Of a DNA stretch of 64,000 bases, positions 25,318 to 37,134 are shown in pieces. A model generated the notes under the pieces. The model was not told the DNA's origin, made no database searches, and worked only from the letters and a program-made list of their open reading frames with translations. Both the position numbers and the translations under genes were made by a program. Position 1 is the first letter of the stretch; every line of letters begins with the position of its first letter. This DNA comes from Mobula birostris (taxonomy: Eukaryota): the NCBI RefSeq assembly GCF_030028105.1, contig NC_092377.1, positions 123,398,242 through 123,462,241 on the forward strand, read 5' to 3'.

Positions 25318-27573
25318 CTAATGTCTTGCATAGGGGTTCACGGGTCCGCTCGGGCCTGCGGGGACTGGTGCTTTTCTAGACTGTGGTTCCCATCTCATTG
25401 GTTCCCGCCGGTACGTGACGGCCCATGGCTTAAGTGGGCAGTCCCTTCTCATGTGTCCTGGCTGGTTACATCCCCAGCACAGTCTCTGTATCTCTCGTTC
25501 CCTTTGTTTCCTTAATTGCCCTTCCTGCCCATAACCTCTCTGCCCCCGTCCTTGGGATTTACAGTCCTGTCTGGGTTGCTGTTTAAATGTATCCTGTCCC
25601 TGTTAGGTCATTTGCGGAAAAGCTCCCCCAAAGACGTTTATTATTGGCACAGGGTTTTCTGGGCTCTGTCTTACGGCACGACCGGTCCCTCCATAGCATG
25701 GCATTCATTCATTTCAACGGCTGTGCTTAAATCGGTCACCACTGGCAGCATCTTCTTGCCGTTTTCTTTTTCCTTCTTTTTAAGTTCGTCAAGCTGCATT
25801 TGTATCAGCTTTCTCTGCACTTCTTCTTGCTGCTCAGTCAACTTTCGTTTGTCTTTCCGATATTTTTCGACAGCATGGACTACGTGGTCCCTGAATTCCT
25901 GTGGGGTCATTGACATCAGTCTAACCACTTCCTCAAGTTTAAACTTAACTTGGGGAGGCATCCCATCCAAAACATTATTTCGGAACATCACTGTCATAAA
26001 CGGGTTGCCTTCCACCTCTTGTTCAGTTTCCAGTCTCCACCTTTTCAACTGATTTTCCATATAGGCTGTTGGATTTTCAGTGCCTCCCACTGGATCCCCT
26101 TTCATGGCTTTGGGGTCCATTTTGGGCGGATAGAGCTCCCTGAGGCCCTCCATACCCTCTGCCTCACTGTGTGAAATTTGGCCCCGTCAATCACTGTGCT
26201 GTCCACATTCTGTATGCCAGCCACTTCCATCAGCTCTTGTAGTTTGGAGGTTCTCATCAGCCTTATCAGCAGCGCCTTCAAATCTCCCATAGCCAACATT
26301 CGTCCCGTGCACTCTTCCTCAAAGGCCCTAATCCACTTCCCTGCACCCTCATGTAGGCTGGGCAGGGTGTTTTACAACCCTTCCAGGTCCTGGAATCCCC
26401 AAGGAATATAATGTACATGTCCCAATCTCTTTACTAGCAACGACATCATTCTCCCTTTCCTTTCCCTCATATCCTGACTCTCCACCTCGCCTGACTCCCC
26501 ATTCCCCATCAGTTTCTGAGCACGTTTTTACTGGCTTTCGCATGATTCTTTCCGGGGTTTTCTTTCTCCCTTGGCCTCCTCGTGGAGTTCTTCCTTTTTG
26601 CCTTGAGCTAGCATTTGCTTGGGCCCATGTGAAATCCTCCGCTGTCATCTCCTAATCTCTTCCTCTGTTTCTAATATCTGCCTTTTCACTCTCTCTTTTT
26701 CCCCTTCCAGGCTTCTATCTCTTATCCTCTGCCTACACTCTCCTGCACCCTCTCTTTCGCTACTTAACTCTTGGTCTCCCGACAAGTCACCCTCTGCTCT
26801 GGCCTGTTCAGTTTCGTGCCCATATAACAAAGCTTTCTCGTCATCCCTTTTCGTTTTTAATTCCTGTAACCCTTTGATCTCCTCCTCTATTTCCCTTTTC
26901 TCCTGTTCTATCTTTGCCCTGTCTCCTTCTATTACCTTCCGTGGTTCCTCCTGCTCCTTTTTGTGATTCTTTCTTTCCTGCTCGGTATCCCAGACTTTAA
27001 TTTCTCAATTTAGATCCACACTTCCTGTTATCATCGGACACTGCTTAAAGGTTTCTTTCTCATAATAGGGATGAGGTTTTTCTACGTCTTTCAGGTCTGG
27101 GTACAGAGCCGAAGCCGACTCCCTGTTATGCTTTTCCTTTTCTTTATCAGACTGCTCCTTTCGTTTCTCGCTGACTTTTGTAATTACTATTAATATACTT
27201 CCCGTCTTTCTTAAACTTTCTCCCTCCATCCTAAAGAGTTTTAACACTTCCATTTCTTGTTCCCTTTTTTCCTCTCTTGTCTTAGATTTATCTTTGGGTT
27301 TGCGATTTTTAATTAGCGCTTTCATTTCCTCACATAAGCATACATCAAACGTTTCTTCTCTTGGCCATTTCGTGACCAGTTTTTTAGTTCTTTTAATTTG
27401 CACCTCGCCTTTCCCTGCCCGTTCAGACCTTCGTTTCGGTCGCAGCGGTATCCACAGGGACTTACCAACACCACGTGGAATTATCCTACTTATTACTACT
27501 TTATTCCAACTTCCCCTTACTGCCGTGCTCTTAATTAATCCTCTGAGTCTCCTTTTATCCCCAATTTTCCCAT
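25318..27573 (-). pseudogene. gag: ERV gag (disrupted)
   Basis: Probable MG start at 27573; capsid-like segment 25671-26400; zinc knuckle CWGCNQPGHMRRDC at ~25438-25479; TAG at 25320-25318. Confidence 0.85.
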
Positions 27574-27674
27574 ATGCTTTGAATCAGAGAGTCCCTTCGG
27601 CAGTTGCGTCACTCTTCTGAGCCTCGAGACCCCTAAAACCAACAGAATTGTTCGTCCGAATTATCGCAAAAAGC

Positions 27675-27683
27675 GCTCACCTT
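27675..27683 (-). promoter_or_regulatory. Putative ERV major splice donor
   Basis: AAG|GTGAGC in the leader between PBS and gag. Confidence 0.5.
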
Positions 27684-27785
27684 TTTTCTTTGGGTGCACC
27701 CTTAATTCTGTTAGCCCCGTGAGGGTGCCCTAGGGACCGGGAAGCGTCCCAATCTGCCGTTCCCTTCCTCGTGGGTCTCTATCCG

Positions 27786-27803
27786 ATCCTGTTCGTGACG
27801 CCA
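27786..27803 (-). promoter_or_regulatory. Primer binding site, tRNA-Ser (CGA-type)
   Basis: TGGCGTCACGAACAGGAT 4 nt after the 5' LTR; complementary to ...ATCCTGTTCGTGACG-CCA, recalled as the 3' end of a vertebrate tRNA-Ser(CGA). Confidence 0.8.
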
Positions 27804-27807
27804 ATTT

Positions 27808-28385
27808 TGCGGTGGTTTGTCGGTTCTCACAAACGACAAGGAGACGCAGAAAACTCATCAAGACGTTTTAATCTTCAATTTGCAAATCAAAGCTGAGACA
27901 ATCAGAAAGCTAGTAGCTGACTGTCCGTCGAGGCTTGTATACAGCATTTTCACAGCAATTTTCCTATCTTAGCTACATTTCATATCCAGTAGTTCTGTGA
28001 TTACATATCATCAATATATCCGCTCTCGATTTCCCACTATTGTTTTACTCCCCAACTTAATGATGTTCTAGTTTACATTTTAGACCATATGTCCTCTCAT
28101 CCCTAACTTCAGTTATTTCTTAATTAGCCTTGCGTTGACATACTGCCACATATTTCATCACCTTACTCGCCACCGTCATCTTTCTACTTAGTTTAATTCT
28201 AGTTGTGTTCATGAATTAATAGTGAACAGGTCAAAAATCATGGCTACATAGTGAATACCTTCTATTGAGCTGGCAGTGGACACATAGTGAATATAGAAAA
28301 TACAATGTGTGCATTTGAGAAAATACTATTGATTAAATACTGTAATACATAGAGAATACAATGCATTCATTTGCATTTTACAATA
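27808..28385 (-). repeat. ERV 5' LTR
   Basis: Direct repeat of 18635-19211, followed by PBS on the minus strand. Confidence 0.93.
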
Positions 28386-28401
28386 ATGGGAATGGTTTTA
28401 A

Positions 28402-29580
28402 CATAGAAACATAGAAAAATAGGTGTTGGAGTAGGCCATTCGGCCCTTCGAGCCTGCACCGCCATTTATTATGATCATGGCTGATCATCAAACTCAGAAC
28501 CCCGCCCCAGCCTTCCCTCCATACCCCCTGATCCCCGTAGCCACAAGGGCCATATCTAACTCCCTCTTAAATATAGCCAATGTACTGGCCTCAACTGCTT
28601 CCTGTGGCAGAGAATTCCACAGATTCACCACTCTCTGAGTGAAGAAGTTTTTCCTAATCTCGGTCCTAAAAGGCTTCCCCTTTATCCTCAAACTGTTACC
28701 CCTTGTTCTGGACTTCCCCAACATCGGGAACAATCTTCCTGCATCTAGCCTGTCCAATCCCTATAGGATTTTGTACGTTTCAATCAGATCCCCCCTCAAT
28801 CTTCTAAATTCCAACGAGTACATGCCCAGTTCATCCAGTCTTTCTTCATATGAAAGTCCGGCCATCCCAGGAATCAACCTGGTGAACCTTCTTTGTACTC
28901 CTTCTATGGCAAGGATGTCTTTCCTCAGATTAGGGGACCAAAACTGCACACAATACTCCAGGTGTAGTCTCACCAAGGCCTTGCACAACTGCAGTAGTAC
29001 CTCCCTGCTCCTGTACTCAAATTCTCTCGCTATAAATGCCAGCATACCATTCGCCTTTTTCACCGCCTGCTGTACCTGCATGCCCACTTTCAATGACTGG
29101 TGTATAATGACACCCAGGTCTCGTTGCACCTCCCCTTTTCCTAATCGGCCACTATTCAGATAATAATTGGTTTTCCTATTTTTGCTACCAAAGTGGATAA
29201 CTTCACATTTATCCACATTAAATTGCATCTGCCATGAATTTGCCCACTCACCCAACCTATCCAAGTCACTCTGCATCCTCTTAGCATCTTCCTCACAGCT
29301 AACACTGCCATCCAGCTTCGTGTCATCCGCAAATTTGGAGATGCTGCATTTAATTCTCTCATCCAAGTCATTAATATATATTGTAAACAACTGGGGTCCC
29401 AGCACTGAGCCTTGCGGTACCCCACTAGTCACCGCCTGCCATTCTGAAAAGGTCCCGTTTATTCCCACTCTTTGCTTCCTGTCTGCTAACCAATTCTCCA
29501 TCCACATCAATACCTTACCCCCAATACCATGTGCTTTAATCTCCTGTGTGGGACCTTGTATCTCCTGTGTGGGACCTTGT
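28402..29580 (-). mobile_element. 5'-truncated young CR1 (same family as 57290-61657)
   Basis: Protein nearly identical to the ORF2 C-terminus at ~60510-61554; CATAGAAA tail; 21-bp tandem duplication at the truncation point (29539-29580). Confidence 0.93.
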
Positions 29581-30029
29581 TTTATGTGAGAGGAGAAAGT
29601 ACGCAGGGGCACGAGTGTCAACTTCTTTATTCAAAGTGTGGAGAGAAACGGAACGAGCAGCCAGATGAAGTGGACGAGGTGTATATATTCACACCATTTA
29701 AAAGAAATTTGATTGAATACATGGGGACAGTGGTTTTAAAGAGATGTGCGCCAAATATATGCATATGGTATCAGGTTAAATTCACACCTCGGTCGACATG
29801 GAGCAGTTGGTCTGAAGGAGATGTTTTTATGCAGTATGACGTGTTGACTCTGTATTCTGGACCCAGTCAAACACTAATCAACATTCCATTGTCAGGAAAG
29901 GTGGCGCAGAGTTATTGTAAATCAACAAAAGACAGAAAGACCTGGCACTTTAGCATAAAGCAATGAGATGGAGTGGAGAAGCAATTGGATAACTACTGTG
30001 AGTTATGCATCAATGGCTTCCATGCAGCG

Positions 30030-31200
30030 GTAAAACAGTGGGTGATTAGTAGGAGGCAAAGAGTGGAAATAGAGGGAGCCTTGTCTGGTTGGCTGCCGAT
30101 GACTAATGGTATTCCATGTGGTGTGTGTTGAAACCGAATATTTTACGTCGTATGTCCAGACTTTGAATGATGGAATTGATTACTTTGTCGCAATCCTTGC
30201 AGACTATACGAAGATAAGTGCAGAGGCAGGTAGTGTTCAGGTAGGGGTGAGGCTACAGGAAGTCTTGGACAGATTAGGAGAACAGTGTAAAAACGTTGCA
30301 AATCGGATACTGTGTCGGGAAATGTATAGTCATGCCCTTTGGTAGAAGAAATGAAATGGTTGACTACTTTCTAAATGGAAAGATAAGACAAAACTCAGAG
30401 TAGTGTAAAGCAACACACATAAAAATTGCTGGTGAACGCAGCGGGCCAGGCAGCATCTCCAGGAAGAGGTACAGTTGTCGCTTCGTGCCGAGACCCTTCG
30501 TCAGACTCAGAGTAGTGTAGAGGGGTCCTGCGCAGGATTCCTTGAAGGTTAATTTTCAGGTTCAGTTTGTGGTGAGAAAGGTTATTTTTTTTTTCAGCAT
30601 CCATTACAAGAGGACTAGAATATAAAAGCAAAGATGTAATGTTGATACTTTATAAAGCACTGGTGGGGCCTCACCTAAAATATTTTGAACACTTTTGAGC
30701 CCCTTAATTAAGAAAGGATGTGCTGAAACTGGAAAGGGTACAAAGGAGGTTCACGAAAATGATTCAGGGCTTATGAAAACGTTTGATTGTTCTGGGCCTG
30801 TATTCACTAGAAATCAGAAGAATGGAGGGAAACTTCATTGATAGATACCGAATGGTGAAAGACCTTGAAAGAGTGGATGTTTCATCTAGTGGGAGAGTAT
30901 CAAACCAGAGGACACAGCCTCGGGATAGAGGGCGATCTGCTTTGAACAGAAGTGGTGTGAAATGCGGCAGCCAAAGAGTGGTGAATCTGGAAGTATTTGC
31001 CACAGGCAGCTGTGGAGAGCAAGTCTATGGAGACCTATATTTACGGAAGAGGTTGATAGCTACTTGATTGGTCAGCGAATAAAAGGATACACGAGGACGG
31101 CCTGAGATTGGGGTTGAGTAGAAAAAGAAAGTAATCAGCCATTTGGAAATGGCGAAGCAGAGTAGATTGCCTAATTCTGTTCCTATACCTTACAGTCATA
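30030..31200 (+). mobile_element. Decayed CR1 ORF2 3' fragment
   Basis: LYKALVGPHL, QRRFT, GLYSLE, QRVVNL remnants. Confidence 0.75.
30408..30504 (-). mobile_element. 97-bp PLE terminal-repeat insertion starting at the hammerhead core
   Basis: 15-bp TSD ACTCAGAGTAGTGTA (30393-30407, 30505-30519); minus strand begins CTGACGAAGGGTCTCGG. Confidence 0.85.
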
Positions 31201-32068
31201 TTGTTTACTTTAATTGTTCTGGAGGATAGGAAAATGCCGCAAATGTAGACGCAGATACTGAACGCTGCCCAGCCGGCTAACACAGAAAGAGTGTTCTTAT
31301 AGAAACAACGAGCGAATTAAAGTCGATGTCTAGTTTTTTTCATCAGCTCGAAATTTAACCAATCAACCAAATAGAAGCAATTCCATTTTTACTATTGTAT
31401 TTGTAGCAAAACGTTCCTCATTGCGATTTTCCATAATGCATTCCATGTCATCTGTGCATGTTCGAGAAACATTGGTATAAAAAGTAACGAATGCCTTTAT
31501 GTGTTTACCAACACAGTCCACACCTCACCTGGCAACGTAAATTGTGCACGAGATATTGTTAATTATGTCTCAGTAGCTAAAATAATAGTCAGGAGATTCT
31601 GGCAAATTTTAGGCACATTAATGTAGACAAATACCTCTGGCCCAACCTGATCAAGTGTGTTACCTGACTTTGAAGGAAGAGAGGAAATATGTTCCCGAGG
31701 TTATCTTCGTTTTATCTTGACCGCATGTAAAATGCTGGTAGACATGGGATTGCCTAATGTATCACTTGAACATGGCAAAGAATGATAATAATAATAATAA
31801 AAAAAAAAAACAAGACAGAGCGACCAAGGAGATTATGACTGAAAGGATCTACAGGGAAGGGAGATTTGGAAGGATGTGGAAATTTGCAGTGAGAATGCAG
31901 AAGAGTGTGGTTGAGAGGGATTAATAAATTAGTCATGATTCAATGGAAAAGCAGGCGCAATCGGCCGCTTGCTGTGATGTTTCTTCTATGTACAGACGCG
32001 AGAAACTCTGCAGATGCTTGAAATCCAAGCCACGCACACAAAATGTTTTTGAACTTTCAAAAGTTATG

Positions 32069-32301
32069 TCACAGGTCTGAAATCAAGATGCTATTATTTA
32101 TTCCGTTTACTTCCACGCTACAGGCAAAAACAAATAATTTGCACTTTATAGCTGCGATTTCACTCTTCTCTTCTTTCTGATGATGTCTCTGGTTTCTGTG
32201 AAGATTCGAAATGCTGATGGCGGCGTAAATCACTTTTCCCCATGGGATGAAATGTTTAATGTGTTTCCTCTGGTTTCGACAGTCCGATGCTAGTCTGGTC
32301 T
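32069..32301 (-). CDS. Siglec-like gene, putative last exon (ITIM)
   Basis: Acceptor ttgtttcag; phase-1 reading ..WGKVIYAAISISNL..EEKSEIAAIKCKL..DL*; ITIM VIYAAI; AATAAA at 32102-32097. Confidence 0.55.
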
Positions 32302-33137
32302 CTGAAACAATGATTGTACATTACAGATTATTCTGAGTAGAGTTTACGACTCCAACAGCATTCAAAAAGATTGCAGATAGTGCTCTCTGAAGCAGCAAAT
32401 AATCTGCTAGAGGATCTCCTTCACAACACAGAACTCTATTTGCAAGCTATTTCAACTTGTCTGCCTGCACCAGCTTGTCCTCATTAAGCTTCCTCCATTG
32501 TCCGATAATTTTCACATCAAATTGAAGGATCAACGACTAATGTTCCGCCGTGTAGTCTCCATCCAATGGAATGATCATTGAGTTTACCCATTTCGGTCGT
32601 TCCTTCTTTTCTTTGCCCCCACCCTCTCGTTCTGATCCTGCAGTCCCCCTATTTCTATTGTCCGCCCGATTCTCTCACAAACCAAACACCACCTAGCTCT
32701 ATTCATCCACCTTCATCCCTATCACCCTCCTTGTTGTATCAAACTACTCCACACGCAAGTTACCCCACCATCCGCCAATAGGATCCAAATGGTGTTCACT
32801 TCTCCCTTAATGGTTCCTCTTATCACCTCCTTTGCAACGCCATCTCTGGTGGCGGTTTGTGTTTCTGCTCATTCCACCCATCTGGTTAGATAGGAACTAG
32901 AATACCAGAACATATAGTGAAATAGTTGTGGATAAGCCCAGATACAAAGTCTAAATTCATTAGCCGAGTATTTTGCGAATAATGCTCTGAGCTGCGTATA
33001 TTTCAATGCAAAGGCATTGCAGAAGAGGTGAATGAGCTTAGGCCATGGATCAGCATGTGGAATTATGACATTGCAGTCATTAGTGAGCTTTGGTTACAGG
33101 AGGGGCAGGGCGGACGCTCAGTATTCTGGGGTTCTAT

Positions 33138-33640
33138 AAGCATATAACAATTACAACACGGAAACAGGCCATCTCGGCCCTTCCAGTCCGTGCCGAACCC
33201 TTACTCTAACCTAGTCCCACTGAACTGCACTCAGTCCATAACCCTCCATTCCTTTCCTGCCCATATAGCTGTCCAATTTAACTTTAAACGACAACATCGA
33301 ACTGGCCTCAACCACATCTGCTGGAAGCTCGTTCTACACAGCTACCACACTCCGAGTAAAGAAGCTCCCCCTCATGTTACCCCTAGATTTTGCCCTTTAA
33401 CTCTTAACTCATGTCATCTTGTTTGAAGCTCCCCCACTCTTAATGGAAAAAGCCTATCCACGTCAACTCTACCTATCCCCCTCATAAATTTAAAAACCTC
33501 CATCAAGTCCCCCCTCAACCTTCTACGTTCCATAGAATAAAGACCCAATTTGTTCAACCTTTCTCTGTAATTTAGGTGATGAAACCCAGGTAACATTCTA
33601 GTAAATCTTCTCTGTACTCTCTCTATTATGTTGACACCTT
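33138..33640 (-). mobile_element. CR1 3' fragment inside an older plus-strand CR1 EN remnant (~32980-33760)
   Basis: ERVQRRFTRMLPG..LGLYSMERRRLRGDL. Confidence 0.8.
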
Positions 33641-34519
33641 TCCGTTCTGTTGTTTTACAAGTCATGGAACGAGAAAGAATAAAGGGGGAGGGGCAGCATT
33701 ACTAGTTAGGGAAAGTATCACGGCCGTGCTCAGTCAGAACAGGCTGTAGAAATCATCTAGTAAGGAATGGGATTCTAAATTTTGAGCTGGGCGTTGGTAA
33801 CTAGGAGTAATAAGTACAACTGAATTGCATTCGTGACCATGTGTGTTGATCTTTCTCCATCTTCTCATCACCGCCAAAAATTTTCAGTTTGCCAATTTTA
33901 CAGGGACTAAACTTTTCTTGTTAAGCTTTTCTTAAAAAGAAGTCGAGATGGTCAGATTCCTCCACTATCTGAACTGGCAATTCATTCTCATAGAACCAGT
34001 TGTGTACCTATACTTTTTTTTCACTGGCTGTACTACCACGGCAATTAATTGGCCGGGATACATTTCGACTTTATTAATCAATAGATGTTCCTATCTATGC
34101 ATAGTGGCTTAGCATAGCGGAACACATCACTATATATTGATCAAGTCTGATCTTGATTTACAGACAAGGTCTTACGTATTATATTACGATTGATCCATTA
34201 GTAGAAATAGATTAATCCATAATAACCATCCGGAGCAAACAAACAAGAACAATATACTTCATATATACAACTGATTAAAACGCACATAAGATCCAGGAAT
34301 CTTGAAGCCGAAAACACCAGAAATATGCTGAAGTAAAAGACGAAATTGAAAGACGATGGAACATTGGAAATGACTGTGCTTGGCTGTGCTCGTACGTCAG
34401 GTTTTACGAGCATGAGCTATGAAAAATAATATGGGAATAACACAGGAAACCTACAGTAAAGTTAAAAAAACCCTTTGCGTGTTTGTCCGCAAAGCCGAAA
34501 AACGAATATGACGTTATAG

Positions 34520-36260
34520 ATTATAGGCCGAGAACAGTACAGTGGAGGAGCAGGCTATTTGGCCCGAAATGCTGTGACGAACCAGCTAAAAAGCAAATCA
34601 AATAAACAGAAACATTTATCCCTCTTCCCTGTACAGCGCCCATATCCTTCCATCTTCCTTCCAGCCATATGCCTGTCAAACGTCTCTTTAAAAACTCTAA
34701 TTTATTTGCCTCTACCTTCATAGAGTGCTGTGTATTCCAGGCTTCCAACACACTCTGAGTAACAAACATACTCCTCAAATCCGCCTTGAACCTACCCTCT
34801 CTCCCCTTCAATATATGCGTTCTGATATTAGGTATTTCAACCTTGGGGAAGTAGATCCTCCCTATCTATTTCGTGGTATTTCCTCTAATCGAGTGCTCTA
34901 GTTTTAGGGACACGTGAAGATCGGATCACATCTTGGGTAATATTTGTGCAGAAATTGAGAACATTCTACAGGGTTCACAAACTTTCCAGCACCACTATCT
35001 TTTGCGTTATGTTCCTTGCCAGTCTTCTACATTATCCACAACTCCACCAATCTTCGCAACTTTCCGAAGCTTACTAACACACCCACCTACATTTTCGTCC
35101 AGGTCATTCATGTACATCACAAACAGAGGTCCCAGCTCAGATCGCTGTGGAACACTTGCAACTCCTTCAACCACTACACTGTGTTTTCTATATGAAAGTC
35201 ATTCCTGCATCCAGACAGCCGATACTTCGCGGACCCCAGACCTCTTAATCTTCTCGATTAACCGCCAACAAGAGACTTTGACAAACGCCTAACTAAAATC
35301 CTTTTGAACAACATCCACTGTCCACCTCAACAATCTATCCCGTCGTTTTGATAAAATCTCAATCACGTTGGTAAAGCACGACATGCCATGCACAAAGCCA
35401 TACTAGTTCACCCTAATTAGGCCACGATTTTCCAAGTGCTCATATATCCTATCCCTAAGAATTTGTCCCAGTTATAACCCTACAGCTGAAACGAGACTCA
35501 CCGCTCTATAGTCCCCAGGATTTTCCTTTCTTAGATAGAGTCACAATATTCTCTGCTCGGCAGTCCTCCAGGACCTCGCTCGTGACTAGAAAGGCCAGGA
35601 AGATACTGCTCAAGGCACCGGCAATCTTGTCTCTTACCTCCTTCATTAACTTAGGGTAAATTCCATCAGCCCTGGGGAGATCCCCTTTAACGCTCATGGG
35701 AAGGTCCAACACTTCCTCCTTGTTGACCTGAAAAAACACCCTGACGTATTTACACACTCAACACTGATGTCCTGATCATCCATAATGTTTTCTTGAAAGA
35801 AGTACTTGAAAGAATACTGAAAGAAGTACTCATTAAGTACACTTTCTCAAAATCCAAGCAAATATTCTCCCCTTTATCGTTAAGGGGTTGCATCCTAGCC
35901 TTAGCTGTCATCTTGTTCTTGATGTATGCACATCATGCCTTGGGATTCACCTTAATCCCGCTTGCCACTGATTCTCTTCTTTCGCTCTTTTCTGAATTGT
36001 TTATAATCCTCATCAGTTTATAATCCTTATGAATTTCGTTTGAGAATTTTAAGTTTTTTTTTTACGCAGAGAGTGGTGAGTGCATGGAATGGAGTGCCGG
36101 CGGCTGCGGTGGAGGCGGAAACGATAGGGTCTTTTAAGGGACTCCTGGATGGATACATGGAGGTTAGAAAAATAGAGGGCTATGGGTAAGCCTAGGTAGT
36201 TCTAAGGTAAGAACATTTTCGGCACAGCTTTGTGCAGTAGGTTTTCTATGTTTCTATGTT
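34520..36260. mobile_element. Decayed CR1 fragments (minus ~34520-36000; plus 3' end ~36060-36260)
   Basis: ADGIYPKLMKEV, FVTQSVLEAWN; TTCTATG tail at ~36245-36260. Confidence 0.7.
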
Positions 36261-36484
36261 CCTACGATCCAAACTTCGGAATCTTTGCATAGTTTTCCTT
36301 TTTACTTCCTGTCAAAATTCATCACCGCTCTGCATATATAAGGCTGCCTCTTATCATTCCATCCCCGTCTTTCCATCGAACAGGTATATTACACTCCTGT
36401 ACTCTGTGCAATTGATCTTTAAACACCCTACACATGTCTGATGTGGACGTGCCAGAAAAAAAACATATATATATTCCTAATTAA

Positions 36485-36711
36485 CGTAAACAAGAGGAAT
36501 TATGCAGATGCTGGAAATTGAAGCAACACACATCAAAGTTGCGTGTGAACGCAGCAGGCCAGGCAGCATCTCTGGGAAGAGGTACAGTCGACATTTCGGG
36601 CCGAGACCCTTCGTCCGAATCGACGAAGGGTCTCGGCCCGAAACATCGACTGCACTTCTTCCCAGAGATGCTGCCTGGCCTGCTGTGTTCACCGGCAACT
36701 TTGATATGTGT
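36485..36711. mobile_element. Palindromic mini-element made of two inverted PLE terminal repeats
   Basis: ~90-bp arms 36525-36615 / 36622-36712; 13-bp TSD TATTCCTAATTAA (36472-36484, 36712-36724). Confidence 0.88.
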
Positions 36712-36869
36712 TATTCCTAATTAAGTCATCTTAATTCTTTCTTAGTACTTGTCATCACACAAGGCTGTTCTCGGAATAGCAGCTTTTAATTCAACTCCAG
36801 TCTGAGTTCCATATTTCTGATCTCGTTCCTCGAAGCAGGATCGCTGTACAAGCCTTGAAACGTGCCTAC

Positions 36870-36940
36870 CCGGTGCCATTTTAACAATTCCTTTGTCAAC
36901 TCCTCTGTAAACATCGGCTGTCTTCATTTCCACAGAATAC
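36870..36940 (-). CDS. Siglec-like gene, putative cytoplasmic exon 6
   Basis: Phase-2 acceptor tatatag (weak) gives (R)YSVEMKTADVYRGVDKGIVKMAP; donor G|GTAGGC phase 1; if unspliced the frame runs to TAA at 36742. Confidence 0.45.
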
Positions 36941-37043
36941 CTATATAATTTCCCCGGAGGTTTCCGGTTGTCAATTGCATGATCGACTGTTTATTAATTT
37001 CAGTCGTTCTTTTATCTCAAATTCAATGTGGTAACGCACAAAC

Positions 37044-37134
37044 CTGTGGGTATACAGAGCCGTTAAGATCACGATTATAATCAATGCGGCCGTTCCTGCT
37101 GCAACGACAATGTCCCTCAGCAGCGATCCTGAAA
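37044..37134 (-). CDS. Siglec-like gene, transmembrane exon 5
   Basis: Phase-1 acceptor taacag (in-frame alternative 6 nt downstream); VSGSLLRD-IVVAAGTAALIIIVILTALY-THR; donor AG|GTTTGT. Confidence 0.75.

Larger units (their letters stand above)
18635..28385 (-). mobile_element. Full-length decayed class I (epsilon-like) endogenous retrovirus: LTR-gag-pro-[2H]-RT-RH-IN-env-LTR
   Basis: Two ~577-bp LTRs, 4-bp TSD ATGG (18631-18634, 28386-28389), PBS, PPT and recognisable gag/pol/env motifs in order. Confidence 0.96.

Noticed and set aside
34390-34450. Acceptor-like site as Siglec terminal exon
   Set aside because: No signalling motif in the compatible phases; early stops
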